Positions 1-13,408 of a DNA stretch of 33,821 bases are shown one piece after another. Every line of letters begins with the position of its first letter. The stretch's first letter is position 1. Below the pieces are notes generated by a model. That model did not search any database, was not told the origin of the DNA, and was given only the letters and a program-made list of their open reading frames with translations. This DNA is from a virus (Duplodnaviria; Heunggongvirae; Uroviricota; Caudoviricetes). Both the position numbers and the translations under genes were made by a program. The stretch lies in IMG/VR virus record IMGVR_UViG_2671180458_000002; one strand, 5' to 3'.

Positions 1-212
1 TCTCCCGGAAAACCGGGGCGGTTCAAACCTTTGATTTGCGATAATCAACTCGCCATAATCATGTCATCGGAGCCTGAACAACTCCGGTGACTTCTGCGCT
101 AAACGGGGACGTTTATGCGCACACACAATCCAAACTCTCTTCTCCCTCCACAGATGCAGAAATGCACCTGCGATATATTGTATCCAGCGTTTGACCTCTG
201 CGGAGGTGAAGC

Positions 213-668
213 GTGAATCTCCCACAAGATGGCATCAAATTACATCGCGGTAACTTCACCGCTATCGGTCGGCAGATCCAGCCTTATCTGGAGGAGGGCA
301 AATGCTTTCGCATGGTGCTTAAACCGTGGCGTGAGAAACGCAGTCTTTCCCAGAATGCACTCAGCCACATGTGGTACAGCGAAATCAGTGAATACCTCAT
401 CAACAGGGGTAAAACGTTCGCCACTCCAGCTTGGGTAAAAGATGCTCTCAAACACACATATCTCGGTTATGAAACCAAAGACCTGGTTGATGTCGTAACC
501 GGTGATATCACCACTATCCAGTCGTTACGCCATACCTCCGATCTTGATATCGGAGAGATGTATGTCTTCCTGTGTAAGGTTGAAGCCTGGGCGGTGAATA
601 TTGGCTGCCACCTGACTATTCCGCAGAGCTGCGAGTTCCAGCTGCTCCGTGACAAGCAGGAGGCGTAA
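213..668 (+). CDS. ybcN: nin-region protein YbcN (151 aa)
   Basis: ORF with GTG start; translation matches my recall of DLP12 YbcN ([15 protein letters not shown]...LLRDKQEA) almost residue for residue; its stop overlaps the next start (TAATG). Confidence 0.85.
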   Translation: MNLPQDGIKLHRGNFTAIGRQIQPYLEEGKCFRMVLKPWREKRSLSQNALSHMWYSEISEYLINRGKTFATPAWVKDALKHTYLGYETKDLVDVVTGDITTIQSLRHTSDLDIGEMYVFLCKVEAWAVNIGCHLTIPQSCEFQLLRDKQEA

Positions 669-838
669 TGGCTACACCGCTTATTCGTGTCATGAACGGA
701 CACATCTACAGAGTATCAAATCGTCGTAAGCGTAAGCCTGAGCCGAAGCCATCCGAAATACCAACACTGCTCGGATATACCGCTAGCCTGGTTGATAAAA
801 AATGGTTGCGACTGGCAGCAAGGAGGAATCATGGCTGA
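668..838 (+). CDS. ninE: NinE family protein (56 aa)
   Basis: Small ORF below the 60-aa track cutoff, read manually: [56 protein letters not shown]; matches recalled DLP12 NinE; overlaps ybcN stop and ybcO start. Confidence 0.75.
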   Translation: MATPLIRVMNGHIYRVSNRRKRKPEPKPSEIPTLLGYTASLVDKKWLRLAARRNHG

Positions 839-1121
839 TTTGAGAAAAGCAGCGCGTGGTCGGGAATGCCAGGTAAGAATCCCTGGCGTATGTAATGGCA
901 ATTCTGAAACGTCTGTACTGGCACATATCCGGCTGGCTGGATTGTGCGGTACCGGTATCAAACCGCCAGACCTGATTGCCACCATTGCATGTTCTGCCTG
1001 CCACGACGAAATCGACCGCCGCACACATTTTGTCGATGCTGCATATGCAAAAGAATGCGCGCTGGAAGGTATGGCGAGAACACAGGTTATCTGGCTGAAA
1101 GAGGGGGTTATTAAGGCGTGA
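831..1121 (+). CDS. ybcO: YbcO / DUF1364 family putative nuclease (96 aa)
   Basis: Internal ATG of track ORF 792..1121 ([23 protein letters not shown]...), matching recalled DLP12 YbcO; Cys/His-rich; the upstream in-frame extension is not used because it overlaps ninE. Confidence 0.8.
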   Translation: MADLRKAARGRECQVRIPGVCNGNSETSVLAHIRLAGLCGTGIKPPDLIATIACSACHDEIDRRTHFVDAAYAKECALEGMARTQVIWLKEGVIKA

Positions 1122-1480
1122 ATACCTACAGTATCACATTACCCTGGCCTCCGAGCAATAATCGCTATTACCGCCATAATCGCGGGCGCACGCACGTCAG
1201 CGCAGAGGGGCAGGCATACCGCGATAACGTCGCCCGAATCATTAAAAACGCAATGCTGGATATCGGCCTGGCTATGCCTGTGAAAATCCGCATTGAGTGC
1301 CACATGCCGGATCGCCGTCGCCGTGACCTGGATAATCTGCAAAAAGCCGCTTTTGACGCACTCACTAAAGCAGGTTTCTGGCTGGATGATGCTCAGGTCG
1401 TTGATTACCGCGTTGTGAAGATGCCTGTTACCAAAGGTGGGAGGCTGGAACTGACCATCACCGAAATGGGGAATGAATGA
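1118..1480 (+). CDS. rusA: Holliday junction resolvase RusA (120 aa)
   Basis: GTG start overlapping ybcO stop (GTGA); translation [18 protein letters not shown]...[10 protein letters not shown] matches recalled E. coli RusA. Confidence 0.9.
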   Translation: MNTYSITLPWPPSNNRYYRHNRGRTHVSAEGQAYRDNVARIIKNAMLDIGLAMPVKIRIECHMPDRRRRDLDNLQKAAFDALTKAGFWLDDAQVVDYRVVKMPVTKGGRLELTITEMGNE

Positions 1481-1617
1481 TGTTTGAGTTTAATATGGCA
1501 GAACTTCTTCGCCACCGCTGGGGGCGTCTGCGCTTATATCGTTTCCCCGGTTCTGTTTTGACCGATTACCGAATACTGAAGAATTACGCCAAAACCCTGA
1601 CAGGAGCAGGAGTATGA
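1477..1617 (+). CDS. ylcG: small protein YlcG (46 aa)
   Basis: Manually read ORF overlapping rusA stop (ATGA): [46 protein letters not shown]; matches recalled DLP12 ylcG. Confidence 0.65.
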   Translation: MMFEFNMAELLRHRWGRLRLYRFPGSVLTDYRILKNYAKTLTGAGV

Positions 1618-1702
1618 AGTCAGAGATAACAATCAACTAATACTGTTTTGTTGATTTTTGCTTGTAATTGGCGTTCTGGTCTGATTTTTGTGGAGTAAGT
1701 TG

Positions 1703-2086
1703 ATGCGTGATATTCAGATGGTTCTTGAGCGTTGGGGAGCGTGGGCGGCTAATAATCATGAAGATGTGACCTGGTCGTCCATTGCCGCCGGTTTTAAGGG
1801 ATTAATTCCTTCAAAAGTAAAATCTCGCCCGCAATGTTGTGACGATGACGCGATGATCATTTGCGGGTGCATGGCCCGTCTGAAAAAGAACAACAGCGAT
1901 TTGCACGATTTATTAGTAGATTATTATGTAGTCGGTATGACATTCATGTCACTGGCAGGTAAGCATTGCTGCTCTGATGGTTATATCGGGAAAAGGTTAC
2001 AGAAGGCTGAGGGCATAATTGAAGGGATGTTAATGGCATTAGATATCCGGTTAGAGATGGATATCGTTGTTAATAACTCTAATTAA
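1703..2086 (+). CDS. quuD: late-gene antiterminator Q (127 aa)
   Basis: Internal ATG ([22 protein letters not shown]...) of track ORF 1688..2086; matches recalled DLP12 QuuD; Cys-rich motifs; canonical position upstream of the lysis cassette. Confidence 0.85.
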   Translation: MRDIQMVLERWGAWAANNHEDVTWSSIAAGFKGLIPSKVKSRPQCCDDDAMIICGCMARLKKNNSDLHDLLVDYYVVGMTFMSLAGKHCCSDGYIGKRLQKAEGIIEGMLMALDIRLEMDIVVNNSN

Positions 2087-2119
2087 TATGCCAATTGTTT
2101 ACTAAAAATTATTAAAAAT

Positions 2120-2137
2120 GGGGCGTTGCAACGCCCC
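2120..2137 (-). terminator. perfect 18-bp palindrome GGGGCGTTGCAACGCCCC, followed on the minus strand by ATTTTTAATAATTTTT
   Basis: Read directly; lies about 140 nt downstream of the nmpC stop on the minus strand; could instead belong to the Q late promoter / qut / tR' region. Confidence 0.35.
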
Positions 2138-2275
2138 CAAAAATAAAGGGTAATATATAACAGAAGGTTTATATAGTTAGAAGCAAGGTTGTGCTCCTAA
2201 AGGAAGTGGCTTGAGGGAGCCACTTATATGTTGGGGAGGCAAAGCCTCCCGCAACATATCTTTTTCGTAATCAGA

Positions 2276-3373
2276 TTAGAACTGGTAAACCAGACCTACA
2301 GCAACGATGTCATCAGTGCTTACACCGAGTGCTTTAGTGAAGTCATTTTTGTCAAGCAGGTTGATTTTGTAATCAACGAAAGTAGACATATTTTTGTTGA
2401 AGTAATAGGTTGCACCTACATCAACATATTTGACTAAGTCCTGATCGCCCCATACTCCAAGATCCTTACCTTTAGATTGCAGGTAAGCAACGGACGGACG
2501 CAGACCGAAATCGAACTGATATTGTGCAACAGCTTCGAAGTTTTGAGCTTTATTAGCAACGAAGTGATCAGCAAATACAGTCATATTCTGGGTTTCAGAA
2601 TAGGTAGTGGCCAGGTAAATGTTGTTAGCGTCATATTTCAGACCTGCGGCCCAAACTTCTGCATTTTTACCGGAAGCAAATACTTCAGGAAGAACTTTCC
2701 CTGCATTAACTTGAGTGTCGGTACGATCAGATTTCGCATAAGTTGCACCGATACCGAACCCTTCGTATTCATAGGTAGCAGAGAAACCGAAGCCATCACC
2801 GTTACCTTCGGTGTAGTTATCGAAATCGCTACGATCGTTTTTGCCTTGGTACTGAGCAGCAAAGTTCAGACCATCAACCAGACCAAAGAAGTCGTTGTTA
2901 CGATAGGTTGCAACACCAGTGGTGCGACCAGTCATGAACACATCTGTTTGGGTCCAGGTATCGCCACCGAATTCTGGCAGAACGTCAGTCCACGCACCGA
3001 TGTCGTATGCTACACCGTAGTTACGGCCGTAATCGATTGAGCCGTAGTCACCGAATTTCAGGCCTGCAAATGCAAGACGGGTTTTGTCTTTGGAGGAACC
3101 TTGAGATTCAGCGCGGTTGCCTTTGAATTCATATTCCCACTGACCGAAACCAGTCAGCTGATCGTTGATTTGGGTTTCGCCTTTGAAGCCCAGACGAACA
3201 TAAGTAGTATCACCATCATCTGCATCGTTAGAGGAAAAGTAGTGCTTGGCATTAACTTTTCCGTACAGATCCAGCTTGTTACTGTCTTTATTATAAATTT
3301 CAGCTGCCTGAGCAGACATCGCCATCAGTACTGATGCAGCTACAGCAGAAATTGCCACTGTTAATTTTTTCAT
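2276..3373 (-). CDS. nmpC: outer membrane porin NmpC (OmpC/OmpF/PhoE family, 365 aa), intact
   Basis: Signal peptide [23 protein letters not shown], porin hallmarks, C-terminal ...VAVGLVYQF; uninterrupted ORF with no IS insertion; opposite strand to the late operon. Confidence 0.9.
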   Translation of the reverse strand: MKKLTVAISAVAASVLMAMSAQAAEIYNKDSNKLDLYGKVNAKHYFSSNDADDGDTTYVRLGFKGETQINDQLTGFGQWEYEFKGNRAESQGSSKDKTRLAFAGLKFGDYGSIDYGRNYGVAYDIGAWTDVLPEFGGDTWTQTDVFMTGRTTGVATYRNNDFFGLVDGLNFAAQYQGKNDRSDFDNYTEGNGDGFGFSATYEYEGFGIGATYAKSDRTDTQVNAGKVLPEVFASGKNAEVWAAGLKYDANNIYLATTYSETQNMTVFADHFVANKAQNFEAVAQYQFDFGLRPSVAYLQSKGKDLGVWGDQDLVKYVDVGATYYFNKNMSTFVDYKINLLDKNDFTKALGVSTDDIVAVGLVYQF

Positions 3374-3961
3374 CGTGAGCCCTTTTTTTTGAACTATTAT
3401 TAAAAAATGATGTCACTGCGCGATAAATATTCATCTAATCAATGTGATTATTTCAAGATGTAAGTTTTAGTTTCTCATTTAATTTGTGAAGTAGATCTCT
3501 ATTTTTATCTGAACTTTTTCTATCGAAACCTATTTATGGCTCTTATTTGAACAAAAATAAACCTATTAGCTAATTTATATTAATGGCTGTTATTTATGGG
3601 GGGGGTATAATTCGGTGGTTTAATTTAAATTAACTAAAAATAACGCCGGAAATTATTTATTGGTTATTTGTTGAGGTTTTCTTATGTATTTGTGGTGGTG
3701 TTTTGAACACTCGGTAGCATTCTCATAAATATCATTCAGTGGTTTACGTACGTAAAAAATTGGTTATGCTGTTAAGAGTGGTTACTTCGTCACACAGTTT
3801 AAACCCGCCGTCGAGCTGGTTTTTCCATTTTTTGAGTCTCGATATTAGCTGATAACTCAATACCTGAGTTATTCACTGACTCCGAGTCTGTTACGTTTCT
3901 GCTTTTTTGCGATACGTTGTATTCCCTCAATTTACACCCGCTTTGTCTGCGAGGTGGGGTT

Positions 3962-4177
3962 ATGAAATCCATGGATAAGTTAACAACGGGTGTCGCCTAT
4001 GGCACCTCAGCAGGTAGTGCCGGTTACTGGTTTTTACAGCTGCTCGATAAAGTCACGCCCTCACAGTGGGCAGCAATAGGTGTGCTGGGTAGCCTGGTAT
4101 TTGGCCTGCTGACGTACCTGACAAACCTTTATTTCAAGATTAAAGAAGATAAGCGCAAGGCTGCGAGAGGTGAATAA
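3962..4177 (+). CDS. essD: phage-21-type class II holin / pinholin (71 aa)
   Basis: [24 protein letters not shown]... with the dual-start motif M-K-S-M; GAGGTGGGG RBS upstream; internal start of track ORF 3917..4177. Confidence 0.9.
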
Positions 4178-4674
4178 TGCCTCCATCATTACGAAAAGCC
4201 GTTGCTGCTGCTATTGGTGGCGGAGCAATTGCTATAGCATCAGTGTTAATCACTGGCCCAAGTGGTAACGATGGTCTGGAAGGTGTCAGCTACATACCAT
4301 ACAAAGATATTGTTGGTGTATGGACTGTATGTCACGGGCATACAGGAAAAGACATCATGCTCGGTAAAACGTATACCAAAGCAGAATGCAAAGCCCTCCT
4401 GAATAAAGACCTTGCCACGGTCGCCAGACAAATTAACCCGTACATCAAAGTCGATATACCGGAAACAATGCGCGGCGCTCTTTACTCATTCGTTTACAAC
4501 GTGGGTGCTGGCAATTTCAGAACATCGACGCTTCTTCGCAAAATAAACCAGGGCGATATCAAAGGCGCATGTGATCAGCTACGTCGCTGGACATATGCTG
4601 GCGGTAAGCAATGGAAAGGTCTCATGACTCGTCGTGAGATTGAGCGTGAAATCTGTTTGTGGGGTCAGCAATGA
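4177..4674 (+). CDS. rrrD: SAR endolysin, lysozyme (165 aa)
   Basis: N-terminal hydrophobic Gly/Ala-rich signal-anchor ([20 protein letters not shown]) followed by a lysozyme-like domain; start overlaps the holin stop (ATAATG). Confidence 0.9.
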   Translation: MPPSLRKAVAAAIGGGAIAIASVLITGPSGNDGLEGVSYIPYKDIVGVWTVCHGHTGKDIMLGKTYTKAECKALLNKDLATVARQINPYIKVDIPETMRGALYSFVYNVGAGNFRTSTLLRKINQGDIKGACDQLRRWTYAGGKQWKGLMTRREIEREICLWGQQ

Positions 4675-5132
4675 ACAGAGTAACCGCGATTATCTCCGCT
4701 CTGGTTATCTGCATCATCGTCTGCCTGTCATGGGCTGTTAATCATTACCGTGATAACGCCATTACCTACAAAGCCCAGCGCGACAAAAATGCCAGAGAAC
4801 TGAAGCTGGCGAACGCGGCAATTACTGACATGCAGATGCGTCAGCGTGATGTTGCTGCGCTCGATGCAAAATACACGAAGGAGTTAGCTGATGCGAAAGC
4901 TGAAAATGATGCTCTGCGTGATGATGTTGCCGCTGGTCGTCGTCGGTTGCACATCAAAGCAGTCTGTCAGTCAGTGCGTGAAGCCACCACCGCCTCCGGC
5001 GTGGATAATGCAGCCTCCCCCCGACTGGCAGACACCGCTGAACGGGATTATTTCACCCTCAGAGAGAGGCTGATCACTATGCAAAAACAACTGGAAGGAA
5101 CCCAGAAGTATATTAATGAGCAGTGCAGATAG
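4671..5132 (+). CDS. rzpD: i-spanin Rz (153 aa)
   Basis: [21 protein letters not shown]... with an N-terminal TM segment and coiled-coil-like remainder; overlaps the endolysin stop. Confidence 0.9.
   Translation: MNRVTAIISALVICIIVCLSWAVNHYRDNAITYKAQRDKNARELKLANAAITDMQMRQRDVAALDAKYTKELADAKAENDALRDDVAAGRRRLHIKAVCQSVREATTASGVDNAASPRLADTAERDYFTLRERLITMQKQLEGTQKYINEQCR
4891..5073 (+). CDS. rzoD: o-spanin Rz1 lipoprotein (60 aa), nested in the +1 frame of Rz
   Basis: Lipobox LVVVGC, proline-rich ([13 protein letters not shown]); lies entirely inside rzpD in another frame. Confidence 0.9.
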   Translation: MRKLKMMLCVMMLPLVVVGCTSKQSVSQCVKPPPPPAWIMQPPPDWQTPLNGIISPSERG

Positions 5133-5163
5133 AGCTGCCCATATCGATGGGCAACTCATGCAA

Positions 5164-5457
5164 TTATTGTGAGCAATACACACGCGCTTCCAGCGGAGTA
5201 TAAATGCCTAAAGTAATAAAACCGAGAAATCCATTTACGAATGTTTGCTGGGTTTCTGTTTTAACAACATTTTCTGCGCCGCCACAAATTTTGGCTGCAT
5301 CAACAGTTTTCTCCTGTCCAATTCCCGAAACGAAGAAATGATGGGTGATGGTTTCCTTTGGTGTTACTGCTGTCGGTTTGTTTCCAACAGTAAACGTCTG
5401 TTGAGCACATCCTGTAATAAGCATTGCCAGAGCGGCAGAAAACAACATTTTTTTCAT
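5164..5457 (-). CDS. borD: Bor lipoprotein (serum-resistance family, 97 aa)
   Basis: Internal start MKKMLFSAALAMLITGC (lipobox) of track ORF 5164..5505; matches recalled lambda/DLP12 Bor; opposite strand to the lysis genes. Confidence 0.85.
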   Translation of the reverse strand: MKKMLFSAALAMLITGCAQQTFTVGNKPTAVTPKETITHHFFVSGIGQEKTVDAAKICGGAENVVKTETQQTFVNGFLGFITLGIYTPLEARVYCSQ

Positions 5458-5816
5458 CTTATTATCCTGCATTGTTAAAAACGGCAGAATCCTATGTGAC
5501 AACAATTAAACGATAGTTAAATGGATTGATGAAAATTAAAACTATATAGGTGGATGCTCAGCCTATTGGAGGAGGGGGGCACTCAGAATCCTGTGGAATG
5601 AAATAAACCGCTCTATCTGTCCATTACCCTTTTAGCTGCGCTGTATCGTCGCCGTATTCCCGCATTAACCATGACCGTAGCCCGACGGGGAATTCCTTCT
5701 GCGTGAGTGTGCGGGAATAATCAAAAACGATGCACACCGGGTTTTACTGTGCTGACAGACGCAGGGTTACCCTCATAGTCGCTTTTCCGGTGCGATGGTG
5801 GAAGAAACCGGGATGT

Positions 5817-6011
5817 TCATCCATCATCACTTTGGATTGATGTATATGCTCTCTTTTCTGACGTTAGTCTCCGACGGCAGGCTTCAATGACCCAGGCTGA
5901 GAAATTCCCAGACCCTTTTTGCTCAAGAGCGATGTTAATTTGTTCAATCATTTGGTTAGGAAAGCGGATGTTGCGGGTTGTTGTTCTGCGGGTTCTGTTC
6001 TTCGTTGACAT
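5817..6011 (-). CDS. ylcI: YlcI / DUF3950 family small protein (64 aa)
   Basis: MSTKNRTRRTTTRNIRFPNQMIEQINIALEQKGSGNFSAWVIEACRRRL...; basic N-terminus; matches recalled DLP12 ylcI. Confidence 0.7.
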   Translation of the reverse strand: MSTKNRTRRTTTRNIRFPNQMIEQINIALEQKGSGNFSAWVIEACRRRLTSEKRAYTSIQSDDG

Positions 6012-6210
6012 GAGGTTGCCCCGTATTCAGTGTCGCTGATTTGTATTGTCTGAAGTTGTTTTTACGTTAAGTTGATGCAGATCAATTAATACGATACCTG
6101 CGTCATAATTGATTATTTGACGTGGTTTGATGGCGTAGATGCACGTTGTGACATGTAGATGATAATTATTATCATTTTGCGGGTCCTTTCCGGCGATCCG
6201 ACAGGTTACG

Positions 6211-6222
6211 GGGCGGCGACCT
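6211..6222 (+). other. cosN cohesive-end sequence GGGCGGCGACCT (12-nt 5' overhang)
   Basis: Flanking sequence ...CGGCGATCCGACAGGTTACG | GGGCGGCGACCTCGCGGGTTTTCGCTATTTATGAAAATTTTCC... matches the joined right and left ends of phage lambda as I recall them. Confidence 0.85.
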
Positions 6223-6399
6223 CGCGGGTTTTCGCTATTTATGAAAATTTTCCGGTTTAAGGCGTTTCCGTTCTTCTTCGTCATAACTTAATGTTTTTAT
6301 TTAAAATACCCTCTGAAAAGAAAGGAAACGACAGGTGCTGAAAGCGAGCTTTTTGGCCTCTGTCGTTTCCTTTCTCTGTTTTTGTCCGTGGAATGAACA
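6223..6399 (+). promoter_or_regulatory. cosB region (terminase small-subunit and IHF binding sites) between cosN and nu1
   Basis: Sequence between cosN and the nu1 ATG matches the recalled lambda left end; individual R and I1 elements were not mapped. Confidence 0.6.
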
Positions 6400-6919
6400 A
6401 TGGAAGTCAACAAAAAGCAGCTGGCTGACATTTTCGGTGCGAGTATCCGTACCATTCAGAACTGGCAGGAACAGGGAATGCCCGTTCTGCGAGGCGGTGG
6501 CAAGGGTAATGAGGTGCTTTATGACTCTGCCGCCGTCATAAAATGGTATGCCGAAAGGGATGCTGAAATTGAGAACGAAAAGCTACGCCGGGAAGTTGAA
6601 GAACTGCGGCAGGCTAGCGAGACAGATCTCCAGCCAGGGACTATTGAGTACGAACGCCATCGACTTACGCGTGCGCAGGCCGACGCACAGGAGCTGAAAA
6701 ATGCCAGAGACTCCGCTGAAGTGGTGGAAACCGCATTCTGTACTTTCGTGCTGTCGCGGATCGCAGGTGAAATTGCCAGTATTCTCGACGGGATCCCCCT
6801 GTCGGTGCAGCGGCGTTTTCCGGAACTGGAAAACCGACATGTTGATTTCCTGAAACGGGATATCATCAAAGCCATGAACAAAGCAGCCGCGCTGGATGAA
6901 CTGATACCGGGGTTGCTGA

Positions 6920-6945
<26 letters not shown>
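6400..6945 (+). CDS. nu1: terminase small subunit Nu1 (181 aa)
   Basis: MEVNKKQLADIFGASIRTIQNWQEQGMPVLRGGGKGNEVLYD... near-identical to recalled lambda Nu1. Confidence 0.95.
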
Positions 6946-10626
<3,681 letters not shown>

Positions 10627-10646
<20 letters not shown>

Positions 10647-11946
10647 TCTCCCGCATATTGCCAGCATGGCTTTTAATGAGCCGCTGATGCTTGAACCCGC
10701 CTATGCGCGGGTTTTCTTTTGTGCGCTTGCAGGCCAGCTTGGGATCAGCCGCCTGACGGATGCAGTATCCGGCGACAGCCTGACTGCCGGAGAGGCACCC
10801 GCGGCGCTGGCGTTATCCGGTGATGATGACGGACCACGACAGGCCCGCAGTTATCAGGTCATGAACGGCATCGCCGTGCTGCCGGTGTCCGGTACGCTGG
10901 TCAGTCGGACGCGGGCGCTGCAGCCGTATTCGGGAATGACCGGTTACAACGGCATTATCGCCCGTCTGCAACAGGCTGCCAGTGACCCGATGGTGGACGG
11001 CATTCTGCTCGATATGGATACGCCAGGCGGAATGGTGGCGGGGGCATTTGACTGCGCTGACATCATCGCCCGTGTGCGTGACATAAAGCCGGTATGGGCG
11101 CTGGCCAATGACATGAACTGCAGCGCAGGTCAGCTGCTTGCCAGTGCCGCCTCCCGGCGTCTGGTCACGCAGACCGCCCGGACAGGCTCCATCGGCGTCA
11201 TGATGGCTCACAGTAATTACGGCGCTGCGCTGGAGAAACAGGGCGTGGAAATCACGCTGATTTACAGCGGCAGCCATAAGGTGGATGGCAACCCCTACAG
11301 CCATCTACCGGATGATGTCCGGGAAACACTGCAGTCCCGGATGGATGCAACCCGCCGGATGTTTGCACAGAAGGTGTCGGCATATACCGGCCTGTCTGTG
11401 CAGGCTGTGCTGGATACCGAGGCTGCAGTGTACAGCGGTCAGGAGGCCATTGATGCCGGACTGGCTGATGAACTTGTTAACAGTACCGATGCGATCACCG
11501 TCATGCGTGATGCACTGGATGCACGTAAATCCCGTCTCTCAGGAGGGCGAATGACCAAAGAGACTCAATCAACAACTGTTTCAGCCACTGCTTCGCAGGC
11601 TGACGTTACTGGCGTGGTGCAAGCGACGGAGGGCGAGAACGCCAGCGCGGCGCAGCCGGACGTAAACGCGCAGATCACCGCAGCGGTTGCGGCAGAAAAC
11701 AGTCGCATTATGGGGATCCTCAACTGTGAGGAGGCTCACGGACGTGAAGAACAGGCACGCGTGCTGGCCGAAACCCCCGGTATGACCGTGGAAACGGCCC
11801 GCCGCATTCTGGCAGCTGCACCACAGAGTGCACAGGCGCGCAGTGACACTGCGCTGGATCGTCTGATGCAGGGGGCACCGGCACCGCTGGCTGCAGGTAA
11901 CCCGGCATCTGATGCCGTTAACGATTTGCTGAACACACCAGTGTAA
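10627..11946 (+). CDS. C: head protease / minor capsid protein C (439 aa)
   Basis: GTG start (VTAELRNLPHIASMAF...) with GAGGAGGAGAAGA RBS; the upstream in-frame extension of track ORF 10513 overlaps B and is not used. Confidence 0.9.
11341..11946 (+). CDS. nu3: scaffolding protein Nu3 (201 aa), in-frame internal start within C
   Basis: ATG at 11341 (MDATRRMFAQKV...) in the C frame with the same stop, the lambda arrangement. Confidence 0.75.
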   Translation: MDATRRMFAQKVSAYTGLSVQAVLDTEAAVYSGQEAIDAGLADELVNSTDAITVMRDALDARKSRLSGGRMTKETQSTTVSATASQADVTGVVQATEGENASAAQPDVNAQITAAVAAENSRIMGILNCEEAHGREEQARVLAETPGMTVETARRILAAAPQSAQARSDTALDRLMQGAPAPLAAGNPASDAVNDLLNTPV

Positions 11947-11955
11947 GGGATGTTT

Positions 11956-12288
11956 ATGACGAGCAAAGAAACCTTTACCCATTACCAGCCGCTGGGCAAC
12001 AGTGACCCGGCACATACGGCAACCGCGCCCGGCGGATTGAGTGCGAAAGCGCCTGCAATGACCCCGCTGATGCTGGATACCTCCACCCGTAAGCTGGTTG
12101 CGTGGGATGGCACCACCGACGGTGCTGCCGTTGGCATTCTTGCGGTTGCTGCTGACCAGACCAGCACCACGCTGACGTTCTACAAGTCCGGCACGTTCCG
12201 TTATGAGGATGTGCTCTGGCCGGAGGCTGCCAGCGACGAGACGAAAAAACGGACCGCGTTTGCCGGAACGGCAATCAGCATCGTTTAA
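11956..12288 (+). CDS. D: head decoration protein D (110 aa)
   Basis: [27 protein letters not shown]...AGTAISIV matches recalled lambda gpD. Confidence 0.95.
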   Translation: MTSKETFTHYQPLGNSDPAHTATAPGGLSAKAPAMTPLMLDTSTRKLVAWDGTTDGAAVGILAVAADQTSTTLTFYKSGTFRYEDVLWPEAASDETKKRTAFAGTAISIV

Positions 12289-12307
12289 CTTTACCCTTCA
12301 TCACTAA

Positions 12308-12330
12308 AGGCCGCCTGTGCGGCTTTTTTT
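12308..12330 (+). terminator. GC stem (GCCGC-CTGT-GCGGC) followed by T7, between D and E
   Basis: Read directly; intrinsic-terminator-like hairpin inside the late operon, as in lambda. Confidence 0.5.
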
Positions 12331-12343
12331 ACGGGATTTTTTT

Positions 12344-13369
12344 ATGTCGATGTACACAACCGCCCAGCTGCTGGCGGCAAATGAGCAGAAATTTAAGTTT
12401 GATCCGCTGTTTCTGCGTCTCTTTTTCCGTGAGAGCTATCCCTTCACCACGGAGAAAGTCTATCTCTCACAAATTCCGGGACTGGTAAACATGGCGCTGT
12501 ACGTTTCGCCGATTGTTTCCGGTGAGGTTATCCGCTCCCGTGGCGGCTCCACCTCTGAGTTTACGCCGGGATATGTCAAGCCGAAGCATGAGGTGAATCC
12601 GCAGATGACCCTGCGTCGCCTGCCGGATGAAGATCCACAGAATCTGGCGGACCCGGCTTACCGCCGCCGTCGCATCATCATGCAGAACATGCGAGACGAA
12701 GAGCTGGCCATTGCTCAGGTCGAAGAGATGCAGGCCGTTTCTGCCGTGCTCAAGGGCAAATACACCATGACCGGTGAAGCCTTCGAGCCGGTTGAGGTGG
12801 ATATGGGCCGCAGTGCGGCGAATAACATCACACAGTCCGGCGGCACGGAGTGGAGCAAGCGTGACAAGTCCACGTATGACCCGACCGACGATATCGAAGC
12901 CTACGCGCTGAACGCCAGCGGTGTGGTGAATATCATCGTGTTTGATCCGAAAGGCTGGGCGCTGTTCCGTTCCTTCAAAGCCGTCAAGGAGAAGCTGGAT
13001 ACCCGTCGCGGCTCTAATTCCGAGCTGGAGACAGCGGTAAAAGACCTGGGCGAAGCGGTGTCCTATAAGGGGATGTATGGCGATACGGCGATCGTCGTGT
13101 ATTCCGGACAGTACGTGGAAAAAGACGTCAAAAAGAACTTCCTGCCGGACAACACGATGGTGCTGGGGAACACTCAGGCACGCGGTCTGCGCACCTATGG
13201 CTGCATTCAGGATGCGGACGCACAGCGCGAAGGCATTAACGCCTCTGCCCGCTACCCGAAAAACTGGGTGACCACCGGCGATCCGGCGCGTGAGTTCACC
13301 ATGATTCAGTCTGCACCGCTGATGCTGCTGGCTGACCCTGATGCGTTCGTGTCCGTACAACTGGCGTAA
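12344..13369 (+). CDS. E: major capsid protein E (341 aa)
   Basis: MSMYTTAQLLAANEQKFKFDPLFLRLFF... matches recalled lambda gpE. Confidence 0.95.
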   Translation: MSMYTTAQLLAANEQKFKFDPLFLRLFFRESYPFTTEKVYLSQIPGLVNMALYVSPIVSGEVIRSRGGSTSEFTPGYVKPKHEVNPQMTLRRLPDEDPQNLADPAYRRRRIIMQNMRDEELAIAQVEEMQAVSAVLKGKYTMTGEAFEPVEVDMGRSAANNITQSGGTEWSKRDKSTYDPTDDIEAYALNASGVVNIIVFDPKGWALFRSFKAVKEKLDTRRGSNSELETAVKDLGEAVSYKGMYGDTAIVVYSGQYVEKDVKKNFLPDNTMVLGNTQARGLRTYGCIQDADAQREGINASARYPKNWVTTGDPAREFTMIQSAPLMLLADPDAFVSVQLA

Positions 13370-13408
13370 TCATGGCCCTTCGGGGCCATTTTCTCTGTGG
13401 AGGAGTCC

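Noticed and set aside
792..830. N-terminal extension of ybcO (MIKNGCDWQQGGI)
   Set aside because: It overlaps ninE in another frame; the homologous protein as I recall it starts at MADLRK (831).
2276..3373. IS5 insertion in nmpC as in K-12
   Set aside because: The ORF is continuous and full length with no terminal inverted repeats or transposase ORF; no IS element is present in this window.
6027..6284. 85-aa minus-strand ORF
   Set aside because: It spans cosN (6211..6222) and the cosQ/cosB packaging signals; no RBS or recognisable domain; most likely a chance ORF.
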